A stretch of DNA of 63,932 nucleotides, counting the filler, from Choristocarpus tenellus KU-1152 (lineage: Eukaryota; Protista; Phaeophyceae): assembly GCA_964200185.2 (NCBI GenBank). It is 12 parts of 12 records of this genome, joined end to end, with 100 filler letters (N's around TTAATTAATTAA, not from the genome) between each part and the next. Parts side by side here need not be neighbours in the genome. Positions count along the whole stretch, not along the records: positions 1 to 8,842 come from CAXNAD020004268.1; positions 8,943 to 12,236 come from CAXNAD020020976.1; positions 12,337 to 15,159 come from CAXNAD020024443.1; 9 more parts are not named here. One strand, 5' to 3'. The position numbers and the translations under genes are program-made. The notes below the pieces were generated by a model. It searched no databases, was not told where the DNA came from, and saw nothing but the letters and a program-made list of their open reading frames with translations. Every line of letters begins with the position of its first letter. Positions within the stretch are counted from its first letter, which is position 1. This document shows, piece by piece, positions 1 through 12,384 of this stretch.

Positions 1-176
1 GGGAGGGGGGGGAGGGGGGGTCTACACCAGGGTGTCCATTCGGACCCTGACCAGGAGAAGTGAACTTTTACTTTCCATCCTACGCATGCAACCAAATCAA
101 CTAAAAATCGTGATATAGAAAATGGACCCCGAATGGACAGTCGCCACCGCCCCCCGCCCCCCAGATACTTTGAGCC
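1..176 (-). mobile_element. MITE family B copy, truncated at poly-G and the window start
   Basis: Reverse complement begins GGCTCAAAGTATCTGGGGG..GGTGGCGACTGTCCATT and ends ..GGACACCCTGGTGTAGACCCCC; matches copies at 53685 and 60956. Confidence 0.85.
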
Positions 177-179
177 TGA

Positions 180-2240
180 AGGTTTACATGACACTATTAT
201 CAAATATGCAGTGGTGAACCATTAGCAGTACACAGATTTATTGCGCCAGGTGGAACATGATGCACATCCAAATGCTTGAGTTGAGGGTGATTGCGAACAG
301 ATACCCCTGAAATTCGTCATGACACATCAGTTGCTGTGTCAATGGTTAAGTCATCATCTCTTCTTGCTCTTTGACAGTGTCAGATGTACGAATTCTTTTC
401 CGATGAATGAGACAAGATTTTGGAGTATATGCATCTCTCCACAAAGAACTGTTGAACCAAGTTTGTTTATTATTGCATGACCTTGGTCGAACCAAGGGCA
501 AAGAAAAATACTTATCAACAGGCGAACAGGCAACAAATGATGCCTGAGGAACAACTGGTGTGACTGTCATCATCAACCTCTGACCCTTGTCACTCCTTAC
601 GATGGTGTCAACTATCTACACCATGCTTATTCCCAAATGGACAGGAGTCGAACCTATTTGGGCACCCCTCCTAGGGATGAGGAGAATAGTGACCAGCAAC
701 TAGCTGACTTGTCTATCCTTTCAGCCCTGGTGTTTGTGACCTCTTCCATTATGTCGCAAGAACAGCCTACGAGTACTATATGGGATGTCCAGACATGACT
801 GGATCAAGTGACCGCCACAAATCGCTGCATGACAACCAAGGTACTGGCACAACTATTTTGCAGCATACTATGATGCTCTTCAACATGGTGAGGCAACATA
901 GCTGGAGGCCCTACACAACATGGTGGATGACGGGGACACAACACTGAACGATCAGGGGCACGGACTGCCATGGATTTACTCATAAACGACCAAGATGAGG
1001 ACCAAGTTGGGGTTGCTTCCCCTGCTTGGTGACAATCCACCTCTGTCCAGTGACGTTGGTTCTCTCGTTGGAGTTGGACAAAGTCCGAAAAAGGAAACAG
1101 CGTGGGGGAGGGTAAATGCATCAATAATAGCCTTCTGGACATCTTCCCACAACGTCAAAGGGGTTTGTTGGAACACAGGTATTAGGATAAGATTTCAACC
1201 AAGTTGAATCGCTAGGGGGACCATTCCACAGTGCCAGACAATGCGTGGAAATATAATGTTATTGTGGGGACTTTAAGAATTTTTGGGAAAAACTCCGCAC
1301 AATGAGCATCAAGAAGTGCGGAGTGATTACGACATTCCATTTAGAGGATTAAGGCAGCAAGATTTCGCCTCCAGAACCTGTAGTTGCCCAACCAGTCAGG
1401 ATCCCTGCAGCGGAATATCTGAAATAGTTTCCAACTTGGGTGTTAGAAACTATTGTCAGGTGTTGGACACGAGCGCGAGACATTGCTAGAATTTCTGATA
1501 GGCCTTACCTGATCGGACGTGTACCCACAGGTCTGGAGTTTTCGCGAGGTTCCTTGAGTTGTCCGGACAGGCAACACAGAAATTGTTCTTGCATAAACTC
1601 GTTGTCGTGGTGATGGTGCAATTAACGTGGGGGTGGCATCTGAGCCAAAGTATCTTCGAGGGTAGGGCCGTGTCCATTTCAGGGCCAAAATCCAATTTTT
1701 CGATTTTGATGAGATTTTGGCTATTGTGTTTGTTAGGAAGTGTCAATATCCTTGTTGCGGATACACCTTTTCATAACATATACATTTTTCCTACTCCTAC
1801 ACATTTTGGAGTAGGAAAATGTCATTAAAAAAATCCATGGGAAGCGAAGTCCCAAATGGACAAACAGGGCAAAACTCGTACCCTCTAAGATACTTTGGCT
1901 CATCTTCCCCAACTGTGTTGGCGAAGCGGCCACCTCATGAGCGGATGAAATGCCTTGAGGAAATAAGTCGGTCCTGAAAATGGATACGACATGTGTGATG
2001 GTTTCCTGAGGTTACGCGATGCTCAAAGGTGCAGCACTGCTCCTGCACCGCCTCCTTACGATCTGCTGGAGGTGATGGCAGGGGATCCTCATCTGTGGTC
2101 CACAAGTTTGCGATCTGTTGTATGGTGATAAGGAATGGCGAAAAAAACCTGTGTCTGAGTTGTGATTTTTTGTGGATAGCTCCGTGTCCTGCACTGAATC
2201 AGTCTCATCGACTTTCTGGTCCTCTTCTTATATTTCACAT
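180..2240 (-). mobile_element. Degraded Ty3/Gypsy gag-protease relic, upstream of the first visible RecQ exon (probably intronic)
   Basis: Minus strand ~215-345 reads TIDTATDVS*..VRNHPQLKHLDVHHVPPGAINLCTANGSPLHI (aspartyl protease D-T-A and flap). Upstream frames are broken by stops; MITE-A sits inside at 1642. The 5' boundary is approximate. Confidence 0.5.
1642..1901 (+). mobile_element. MITE family A, full length, TSD ATCT
   Basis: TIRs GAGCCAAAGTATCTTCGAGGGTA / TACCCTCTAAGATACTTTGGCTC; ATCT at 1638-1641 and 1902-1905. Confidence 0.93.
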
Positions 2241-2646
2241 GGTGTGAGTTAATAGTATTTTTTTTTTTTTTTTTTGTTACTGGGAAATAGTATTTTCTTG
2301 ATTCCGTATAAAGGTATATAATCATACATATGATGTAATTATATGTGGAACTGAGTAGCAACACCTCAATAGTAAAAGTAATAGTGTGGCAGCTCAAAAA
2401 TCCTAACCCTAAAAGTAATATGAAATGTGTTTGTGCGTGCTTCTTCGAGCTAGAGGCAATCGTCTTTCAGAAAGATTATTTTTAGGTCTATTTCGGTGAT
2501 GCTCCTATTGATTCAATCAATCCTTTTTTTTTACTATATTACATGCTTCACAGAGATGTATTTTTATTTGTATCTTCACATGTGTCATCATGACGAGGGG
2601 AGATCTCTCTCTCCCTCTCTCTTTCTATCTACCTATCACTCAATAG

Positions 2647-4945
2647 GTTGCAAGGATTTTGCAGTCCCTTGCTGATAGTGGGGTGGTCGAGGCGGGCAAG
2701 CCAGGAAAAATTTGCTCAAGGTTTCAGGTGAGGTAGCTGCTCATCTCTCACCAGGAAAGCAAGTGTAGGACTGATTATTAAGAGGCGGTGGAATGGCATG
2801 ATTGTGAAATAAGCGCATGGGGACAGTATGGTGCATTGCAGGTATACCCCACCAGCGGTATATGTAGAGTGACATTATGCCTCACAACATCGCACTATTC
2901 CAACAATCCCCCCATAATGATTTTGTCAGGAATGTCCAATTTTTCCTTGAAGTCTCGAAATTTTCGGCTATGTTTTCTTCCCTATTACCCATTGTGGTTA
3001 GGATTAGGACTAAGGCTGATGAGTGAGTTCAACACCACAGTATATTGAAGGTGTGGAGTGTATATTGTATTTCAAGAAGTCTAGAAGTCTCTGTGTAGGA
3101 ATCCTAGGTGAGGGATGGGAATTGTGTATCATCCCATTTTGAAAGAAGTGCCTTCTTTCCATCAACATTTGATAATCCCGAAGATTTCTACCCACCTGAA
3201 CTTAATCTGATTTCCTTATGTCTACATCTGATTGTGCAGATACTTCAATACCCATCGTCCATGGACGAGCTTGAAGCAATTGCTGTTCGTCTACACGCCC
3301 AGGCTTTGACTCTTGAACAACGAGAGCTCAATCGCCTTCAGACTGTAAGCAACCGCAGTTCATCGTATTATTTGTTACTGTTGTTGGGTAAGGGATTGTT
3401 TTCTGTGGAGGCAGCTGGGAGCTAAAGCAAACGAGAGGTGCCCCAGGTTTTGGCCGTTTCACATTTTATTCCACTTTTTCCATCCTTTGCTATTCACCCT
3501 TATCTTTGTGGATCCGAGTGCTAAGATTGACTAGAGAGTGTAGATTTCTGTGTTTTTAATTTCTTGACGGAAGGCAGAAAATCATCCCTATACTCATTTG
3601 TATAAAAAGTCAAATTTTATACATTGGTCAGTCATCCTTGAAATGCAGCCCTGGGTACATCTAGTTTACTTTTGACTCAGGAAGATGATCAAGGTAGTCA
3701 GTCACTCTTACTGGATAACCACGTCCATTTTTATCTTTTTTTTAATGTGATTTCTAATAAGAGCTTGTTAGTGGTGACCAACTACTAGATCATTTTGAAG
3801 GTGAGCCGGGACACAAAAATGCCGAATAGTTGCTTGATGCACCATAATAATAATTATTATTACTATGTAATTATTATTATTGTTCGTGTGTGGGCAGTGT
3901 TGAGTGTGAGTTGTTGGAAGGTAAGAAGTTTAGGGTTTGTATACTCTGAGATTCCGTTCTGTTGGTGGGGAACTCAACCGCAATGCCAACAATGTATGAT
4001 ATTTTGCTGTCTCTTTTTACTTCTATTTCGATGCTTAGTGTACATACATTTTTACGCGATATCTCACATGACAAGTCTCCTCTCAATATGCCGTGAGTAT
4101 GTGCTTTGGTCAGGGTACCAAATACAGCCAAAAAATAACTTTGAGCAGACTATTTTGAGGTCAAATTGCGAGATTTCCGCCAACCAGATATTGAGAATTT
4201 TGGCGGATCAGTATGACATAATAAGGTATACCGCCGTTATACACACACATACTGATGACGGTATGCGATCAACATTATATGGCATATTTCAAAGTTGAAC
4301 CATTCTGCCAACACTAGAAATTTTGTAAGTGGTACCTTGATTTTGACGACCAATTGAATGACATGTGGAACCTTGACCTTTTCCTCGCTCCTTCATAGAA
4401 AGCCAACACTCTCTCCGTTACGTATTACACGAATTTGCTCATACACCTGCCTTGTACCTTCTGCTGGTCTACAGTTGCTGGAGATTCTCTGCACAGACAA
4501 TGGTTGTGCTGTCAGCTCTGGACTATCAAGGTACTTTGGTGACAGTCCGGACACCATCATTGCTGCCTCCTCAACCGACACCACAGCTGCAGCCTCTGTT
4601 GCGGCCATTTTCCAAGATGGCATCCAAGACACAACATCGTCATCCCTTCCTCCCCTCTCATTGATACTGGAACCTTCTTCACCACCTTCGAAGGCGGAAA
4701 TGGACAAGAAGTGGGCCATGGGTGTCCTGACTCATTTAGCTGATTCTGCTGAAGAGCAAGGTGGCGGAATGGTCCTCCCCCGAGATGATCCTTATCTCCT
4801 TGCACGTTTTGCCGCCGGCATCCCGAGCCCACGCATCAACAAATTGAAGCTCTCGAAGTTGGATGGATTCGGATGCTGTGAAGGATTTCCTTTTCCGGTA
4901 ATATTGGAGAAGGCTAGGGATACCGTGCTTTCGGTAGCAGCATGA
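2647..4945 (+). CDS. recQ: RecQ-family DNA helicase, 3' part (exons 2647-2727, 3240-3344, 4475-4945)
   Basis: Phase-0 GT-AG exons join to VARILQSLADSGVVE..RFQ / ILQYP..LEQRELNRLQT / LLEILCTDNGC..LSRYFGD..LLARFAAGIPSPRINKLKLSKLDGFGCCEGFPFPVIL, resembling the C-terminal signature (E..R.L, L..YFG, ARF..G..SP..L....FG) of a RecQ subfamily. The helicase core is not in the window. Confidence 0.72.
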
Positions 4946-5879
4946 TGTTAAACATGCACCCCTGGGTTTATCTTGAAGTCATTGATTGCGGTGTTACCGT
5001 GTAAACAACAACCATCACCAACTCGGAGAAGATCTCCTCCCTAACTAAAGTCCGAAATCTGCCAATATGCTTTGAATGTGTACACAAGCTTATACACGCA
5101 ATCTGGATGAAACCCGTCAACCTAAACACATCCCTTACATCCATCTTCAGGAGTTACGTTATTGCTTCCTGTCCATACTTAGCCACCTAGCGCGCGTGAT
5201 ATATTGATATAGATGTATCTGTTCCACACAACAATCGCTCAGGCACTTCTCCTCACTTGGTTGAAAGAACATCATTGTAGTCAGTGTCATCTTCGTTTAG
5301 CAGCCTCTTTTTTTCAGTAAAGTGTGTGTGTATAGTACTCCTTCTCCAAAACTTGAGCCAAGAGCAGTCCAAATTTTTGTGGGTTGTTGGCTTGCTCCTA
5401 ACAGGGAGATAGTGATAATCCGGTTGGTTATACATGGTGGAACTTATTGATGGAAAACCCAGGGCCCAGGATTCTTCCCAACTGAACATTAGCACATGAT
5501 TGCCTTCTGTCTGTATATCCACTTTGGTGATTCCGGTATTCTAGAGTAGGTTCCTAGTTTCCGTACTTGCAGCAGTTGCTGCATTGTCCGTCACTGACAG
5601 GGATATTTCAATCACTGGAACTACTTCGACATATGCAACACAACCTGCAGTCCTTTTTTTTGGACAAGAACAGGAAAACTGTATATATGGTTACACATTG
5701 CATTGTGAAGCGCCACTTTCAGCAGCCCTCTAACCAAGCCACCAAGGTTTGAACTATTTCTTCTACACACGTACATGATATATTACGAGTCTTGCCAGAA
5801 ACGAGAAACAATGAAAACCTGTTGTAGAACATAGAGAGCGCAGAGATCAGTATTCAAATGTATAAACAGAATTGCACAT

Positions 5880-6136
5880 GAGCAAATGTATCTTAGAGGA
5901 TAGAGCCACGTCCGTTTGGGGGTCAAAACCCAATGTTGTGATTTGATGTAATTTTGGCTACGTGTTTCTTAGGAAGTGTCAATATCCTTGTTTCGGACAC
6001 ACCGTTTCGTAACGTACACATTTTGCCTACTCCTAAACATTTAGGAGTAGGAAAAAGTAATAAAAAAAAACATGGGAAGCCAACCCCCAAATGGTCAAAC
6101 GGGGCGAAACTCGTACCCTCTAAGATACTTTCACTC
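5880..6136 (+). mobile_element. MITE family A, full length, TSD ACAT/GCAT (1 mismatch)
   Basis: Colinear with the other copies; right TIR ends TACTTTCACTC. Confidence 0.9.
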
Positions 6137-6714
6137 GCATATCATAATCCCTTCGCCGCCAGACCTCAAATAGATTTCATGCCATACAACAGATATTGAA
6201 TACTTCGCCAAACGCGTGCACATCCACGGCTTCTCATGGATACATCATCGTAAACACGCTTCATGTAGCAGCAAATCACTCAGTAGTTTAGTCAATTGAC
6301 CCGAGGAGAGGATGATGAGAAGGCATAGACATATATGGCGTAAGGAGTACCATCTGGGGATACTCAGTGTGGTTTAGAATTGTGAACTGTGAGTAGGGTT
6401 GGGTTTTTTGTCCTCCGTATTATTTCAGTAGCAAGTTGAAATGCCCATCACACTATCATTACTTGTAAGAGAGTACAGGTTGAGGGATATTTTTTATTGC
6501 AAAAGACGGGAAATCGTTGCAGGCTTCTAAAAACCTTTGATGTATGGCTGTAGGTAGTATGAAGCATCAAGTACAAGGTTAACCAATTAAATAATTTACT
6601 CTAGTATGAATTTGGAAAGTAGGATGAAGTAATCAACTGGTTTAGTTCAATATTAGATTCCGGTACATTCAATATTGAAGGCCCACAATTACAAACAAGG
6701 TCTACTTGACCGGG

Positions 6715-6972
6715 GAGTGAAAGTGTCTTAGAGGGTATGGGTTTTGCCCTGTTTGTTAGGGGCTTGACTTCCCACGGGTTTCTCATGACGTTTTCCTACT
6801 CCAAAATGAAACATTTTGGAGTAGGTAAAATGTGTACGTTATGAAAAGGTCTGTCCGGAACAAGGATATTGACCCTTCCTAAAAAACACGATAGCCAAAA
6901 TTACATCAAAATCGGAACATTGGATTTTGGTCCCAAATGGACGCAGCTCTACCCTCTAAGATACTTTGACTC
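6715..6972 (-). mobile_element. MITE family A, full length, no matching TSD
   Basis: GAGTGAAAGTGTCTTAGAGGG ... CCCTCTAAGATACTTTGACTC; flanks CGGG / AACA. Confidence 0.9.
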
Positions 6973-7544
6973 AACAAATAATGTGTCCTGTTCTTGTAGG
7001 GGTCGACGTGCCAGACGAGGCATCTTTCACTCTGTATTATCTGGGAGAGACAATGATACCATCACCGCCTTCAACCTCAGGAATCGTATCAAGGTGAAGG
7101 AGGAAATGTATATGGCGATTGTAGATGTGTCTTTCTCGAACAGCCCACACATGTTCTCTATTGAAAGAAGCTCGTTATCATGCAGTCAGTGGAATAATCG
7201 AACCAAATCGTACCTTTACCAACTGTGCTGTAGCATCGCTGGTTGACTGATATCTGTGGGTGGGTATGAGGTTGTACAGCGACTTGATGGTAGTTGAGGA
7301 GAGGACATGATGAGTGTGTGGAGATCACGCAAGCACACCAATGTTCGCTGCTGTAATCGAACAAACAATTGGGCGTGTAGACTTCCATGTATGCCAGCAT
7401 GTGGTGCATTACAAAGATTACCATAACACGAAGTAGTTTTCATCTCTTTTGTTTTTCGAGGAAGTGGGTGACATTGCTGTACCACCTTTGGGGTATGGAG
7501 CTGGAATAGAACGCTTGTTGCATGTTTGGTCAATAGAGATCTCT

Positions 7545-7698
7545 CAGCCATAGTACCTTAAAGGGTAGAGCCGCGTCCATCTGAGGTCCAAAATCCAATG
7601 TTGCGATTTTGATGTAATTTGGCTATCGTATTTGTTAGGAAGTGTCAATATCCTTGTTCCGATCACACCTTTTCATAATGCATACATGTTAACTACTC
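7545..7698 (+). mobile_element. MITE family A, 3'-truncated
   Basis: Degenerate left TIR then GAGCCGCGTCCAT...GTTAGGAAGTGTCAATATCCTTGTTCCG; similarity stops at the internal hairpin. Confidence 0.85.
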
Positions 7699-8202
7699 AG
7701 AAAAAAATCAGAAATAGATCATATATACATAAACACACAAGCACACGAAAAAAGGAAAATAGATTATGCGTTGTGGTACAATTCATAGGCTTTCTGGAAC
7801 CATCCTCTTGGAGAAAAAGGATCTACTATCTACCATACTGAAATAAATATTGATGGCAAGAAAGAAACTGACTCTATCCCACGTTATGTGATTCATGTTC
7901 GTACATGTGTGATCAAACCTTCACTACACACAGTGACATACTACAAACACCCGTTTGGTCAACACCTCAATCTACCATAGCCATCCCTCTTCTCTTCTTT
8001 TGGTGCGTATATTAAATCGTTCACACATAAATAACAAAATGCAAACAATAGATCTCTATTCGCTGTTAGGGGAGAGGGAGGGTGGGCGAAATGCCATACC
8101 GCTTTCTCATCACACGTCTGGTGCTTCAATAGCTCTTTGAGGAGCTTCAAAGTCCATGTTACTACACCTCTCCTAACAAACTCCTCAAATGTGTCGCCTA
8201 CT

Positions 8203-8451
8203 GAACCAAAGGAATCTTAGAGGGTAGAGCCGCGTCCATCTGGGGACCAAAATCCAATGTTGCGATTTCGATGTAATTTTGGCTATCGTGTTTGTTAGGA
8301 AGTGTCAATATCCTTGTTTCGGACAACCCTTTTCATACCATTTACATTTACCTGCTCCGAAATATTTTGGATTAGGAAATGTCATAAAAAAAAACCAAGG
8401 AAGCCAAGCCCCAAAAGGGCAAAACTCGTACCCTCAAAGATACTTTCACTC
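8203..8451 (+). mobile_element. MITE family A, near full length (9-bp deletion in right inner box)
   Basis: GAACCAAAGGAATCTTAGAGGGTA ... AAGATACTTTCACTC. Confidence 0.9.
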
Positions 8452-8842
8452 ACTACTCCTCTACTTTCAAAATATCACTCACGGCTACCTTAAGTTCATC
8501 TATACGTTTGCCTTACGTGGTAACCCCACAACAACCTTCCCTTCAAAGAGTCGCCACACAAGACGAAAATACCAGCATATCATTTCCACACATGCTAATA
8601 ACCACTTTATACTTGGCGCAGGGGTCTGTGTTCCGAGACCATGCCGTACTTATCATGAGAACCAGGTGCTGTCGTCCGTGCCGCCCACTTCAGACCACAC
8701 ATAACCGACTAAGGACAAAAAAGATACGACCATAAAATGCGGTACACCCGTGAGATTCAAACCTAGGATATGTGAATCGTGTGATTCTGTGGCGGCGTGG
8801 TTCACTCAGGCAAGGGTGGCGAAGAGAATCACTAGGCAAGAT

Positions 8843-8942
8843 NNNNNNNNNNNNNNNNNNNNNNNNNNNNNNNNNNNNNNNNNNNNTTAATTAATTAANN
8901 NNNNNNNNNNNNNNNNNNNNNNNNNNNNNNNNNNNNNNNNNN
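8843..8942. other. Artificial contig linker (N44-TTAATTAATTAA-N44); first of 11
   Basis: Identical 100-nt spacer with stops in all six frames at 8843, 12237, 15160, 27826, 30633, 38542, 46229, 50230, 53854, 57933 and 61085; the window is 12 concatenated contigs. Confidence 0.98.
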
Positions 8943-9036
8943 CCATCCTCACAGTCCCGCTCCATCCTCAATTTTGCGAATCCCCTGTTAAGTGTGCATG
9001 GATGGGAGTACAGGCCATGACTTTTTTAGCAAACGG
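8943..9036. repeat. Repeat family C arm (CCATCCTC boxes) at a contig edge
   Basis: CCATCCTC-N9-CTCCATCCTCAATTTT..CTGTTA..TTTTTT..CAAAC, shared with 50401-50477 and (inverted) 57776-57857. Confidence 0.7.
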
Positions 9037-10157
9037 TTGTATGTTCTTTTCTCATTCAAGATGACACCATACTCATTCTTCTACATCATCAGGGTAGATA
9101 CCTTCACTTTAACAGTAGCGGGATGTCTACTCGTATGTCACGTGTCCAGAAACAATATAGGTACACCTGTCATGCATCATGTACACCACTACATGTTGTT
9201 CCCCCCCGAGGTCGAAATCAATTACATACAAGTCTTCTTTGAAACGTTGTGTACCACTGTATTGGATTGAAGATCTCGTTATGTTTGGAGAACCATCACA
9301 TCGATTGTCATGCACCCTGTGAAATTTCTTGAAGAAACCTTTTTCGGAAGGAAGAGAACATCAGCCTAGATAGTACTATGCATTTTGCTGAGTGCATTGG
9401 GTGCTCTCGATCATTTGTCGGGTGAATGGGATGAACATAAAGTGAATTAGCATTCGGTTTTTATGAGACTCGCATCAATTGAATCCTTGTTGGGGGGATC
9501 AAACTACATAGATGAAACCTACCGTACCATGGAACATATTGCGGCCTTGCCTACCCAAAGATCTGAATAAGTATAGAGGTTCTAGATTCCAAATTATTGT
9601 TATGATAGCACCGTAATGTAGAATATTCAAATAAACCAGAGAGGACACGATGATAGGTTTGAAGGCACTGTCCACATCGAACCTAAAAAAAAAGAATCCA
9701 GGATCAAAAAGCTTCTGTGTACTACTCGGGCAGGTCAACCTAAAACTCCTCCACAATTCTTTGAGCCCATCTCGAACAAGGAGGGAGACGAGAACAACCC
9801 CTTCACAACTGAACCAAACCATTCATTGCTACCCGGTTTGCTGCTACGACCCATCTATTTCTTGCACTTACAATAGCAGGGCATCCTGCGAAACAACCGC
9901 AAGCAGGGTCGTGTACTATTCATCACTCCTACGTTTGCATTCAAGTACGAAGCCATCTACCTACAGATTTAGCTGTGAGTGAACTTCCATCCTCAGAGCA
10001 TCAAGACCAAAAGCGTACTGAAACCGCACCTCAAGAATGCGCCAAGTGTTCAGAGAAGCACATTATTATTCCCCACATCACTCTGGGTCATCTCTATTGC
10101 ATACAAACAGGCACAAGACAATTGGTTGAGTCGGAAGGGTGACGGAAGGTAAGTGGT

Positions 10158-12236
10158 TTAGCGATTCTTCACTGGCTGTATTGGCAGTGGCTCTTCCTTG
10201 GGGATGAAGGCCAGGGCCGCAGCATTCATGCAGTACCGTTTGCCTGTGGGAGCTGGCCCGTCATCGAACACTGTGGTGAGGAAGGCCGGGTGAGGGGAGG
10301 GTTGTGTTACTTCAACTTGAAGTAGAGGTTGAGGGTCCAACATATTCACTCAACTCTGACGATGGTGTGTCTTGTACAATCGGTGCTGTGTAAAAAAAAC
10401 AACTATATAGAGAGTATATAGGGTACTCTAGAACGACGTCTAGGCTGAAAGAGTAGAGCTCTAGGACAGTTGCGGGGCAAAGGTATCTTAATGGGTAAGG
10501 AGGTACACGAGGTGTTCTATTGAAAGTAGCGGCCTTAGGACTCACTACCTCTTACCCAAAAATCGTATTGAATACTTCGAAGCTTAGATGTTGGTTCCAT
10601 CCTCAAAGTAGGAAACGATCCATGAACGTTGTTGCACTGAGTTAGCATATGATGGACTGAATACCATGACTTGAAAATGCATTGTGTGCCGGACTTGGTG
10701 GAAAGGTAAAGTGTTGTGGTTTTCAAAAGTTTGAGTCGGGAGGTACTTCTAATGCACCCAAAGGGAACACTATGACCTACCCAACTCTAAGGATATAGAA
10801 GCTAATCAAGATACTTTATTAGATATCATCCAAAACAGAATCATAATTGAAGGGGTCTGCAAAAAAATATAAGAGTTTATTACAAGCAGAGAAGGAGCAA
10901 AAGCCTGAATTTGTCAAATATTTATTATACAACAAATGTTGGGTGTGGCCACTTTAGTAATTACAGGCTTTCTGTTAATACTACCAGCCCAAGCGAATAA
11001 CCAACAATGATCCATGATGTGACAAGGCTGCTTGACCACACTAGAGAAGGCAGTAGATACGTGGGTATGAGCTATTCGGAGAGTACAACACAGCAAAAGG
11101 TTTGATTGCCAAGACATGACATCACCAGCCAAGAATTCGCTTCATGACCACAAAGTGGCAGCTACATGATCATTAACGGGTGAGGAGTGCATCGGATGGG
11201 AAGACAGTCACAGGGATCTGAGCGCTGCCCTCTCCTTTCTGCACTTGCAGTACACAAGAGACACACGTTAAAAAAAAACAACTGGTTGCTGAGAAAAATG
11301 GAAAGATTACACTCACACACATCTATATATTCTTACACCCTCTCTCTAACATCAACCAGAGATACATCAAGTGCACAAAGGTGCCCCCAAGGAGGTGCCT
11401 CTCTTGGACACTTGCCAGTGGGGGCAGGTACCCCACAACACAAGTAAGGCCCCCATTTCCACGATGTGACCTTCACTCCCATCTCATCGGGCGCTCTAAG
11501 GGTATTGCAACCTCTCCCGTCTTACATGCCCCAAACCGCAGCAAGGGGGCGGAAGATACACCGACTTTCCGCTATGTTTGATGACTTTTTTTTTTATTAC
11601 AGCATGTCATAAAAATAGAAATGCTCGACGCCCGTCGCCTGATTCAGAATCGATTGTCAAGAGGACGGCACGGCCACTTCAAAAAAAATAAAATTTAAAA
11701 TAAAAATAAAATGAATAATAAGGTGTGCAATTCTTGTACAAGCACGCGCCAACTAATACTTTTCTTGCAACGATCACGGGCCTTGTCTACCTACCACCCT
11801 GCTCGTGCGCCGAGCAAAGCCCGCCACACTGTGCAAGTGCTGCCGTCGATCCAAGTCATCGATCGATCGTTACCCTCACTTCCTCCAGTCCCGGAAGAAC
11901 CTTGCCCTCTCCCTCTCTCCACCTCCTCCTCACTTCCCACAGAAAAAAAAGAAGTGAATTATCTCTACACACGTTCCAATGAAGCTACTCGGTGAAACAG
12001 TTTATAAGTTGAGGGGGTGGGCCATCGCCAACGACAGTAAGCCTCTACGGTTCCACAACGCCTTCCAACTCTCGCCTTCCTGGGAAACAGGAAGAGCCTT
12101 CGCACCCAGATTATTATCGGAAGCTACAGAGCGACCACAGATCCAGCGAAAGAGGTTCGGTGGCGTGGGAGGGGGGGGGGGGGGGTGGGAAGACTTACCG
12201 TGTCCCAGATGTGTTCCACTCTTCCTATCCAACACC
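10158..12236 (-). CDS. msrB: Peptide methionine-R-sulfoxide reductase B, last two exons (12199-12236, 10158-10270)
   Basis: A phase-1 intron joins [36 protein letters not shown], containing the MsrB HLGHVF.DGP and RYC.N motifs; donor GTAAGT, acceptor CACAG. Confidence 0.93.
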
Positions 12237-12340
12237 NNNNNNNNNNNNNNNNNNNNNNNNNNNNNNNNNNNNNNNNNNNNTTAATTAATTAANNNNNNNN
12301 NNNNNNNNNNNNNNNNNNNNNNNNNNNNNNNNNNNNTCTT

Positions 12341-12376
12341 GCCCCCCCCCCCCCCCCCCCCCAGATATTTTTGATC
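12341..12376 (-). mobile_element. Probable MITE family B terminus
   Basis: Poly-C followed by CAGATATTTTTGATC, a degenerate form of CCCAGATACTTTGAGYC. Confidence 0.45.
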
Positions 12377-12384
12377 AAAGCTCA

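Noticed and set aside
5954-6199. Recurring small ORF family (LGSVNILVPDT..KLVPSKILSL)
   Set aside because: These are translations of non-coding MITE-A; frames and starts differ between copies.
7760-8150. Possible two-exon fragment (KLLKELLKHQTCDEKA / IVDPFSPRGWFQKAYELYHNA) on the minus strand
   Set aside because: Short, with no recognised family; could be chance.
8887-8898. Recurrent TTAATTAATTAA as a biological repeat or piggyBac-type site
   Set aside because: Always centred in identical N-runs; it is a concatenation linker.
11515-11545. CCGLGH-GTAAG as the MsrB penultimate exon
   Set aside because: Wrong phase for the last exon; 12199-12236 fits both motif and phase.
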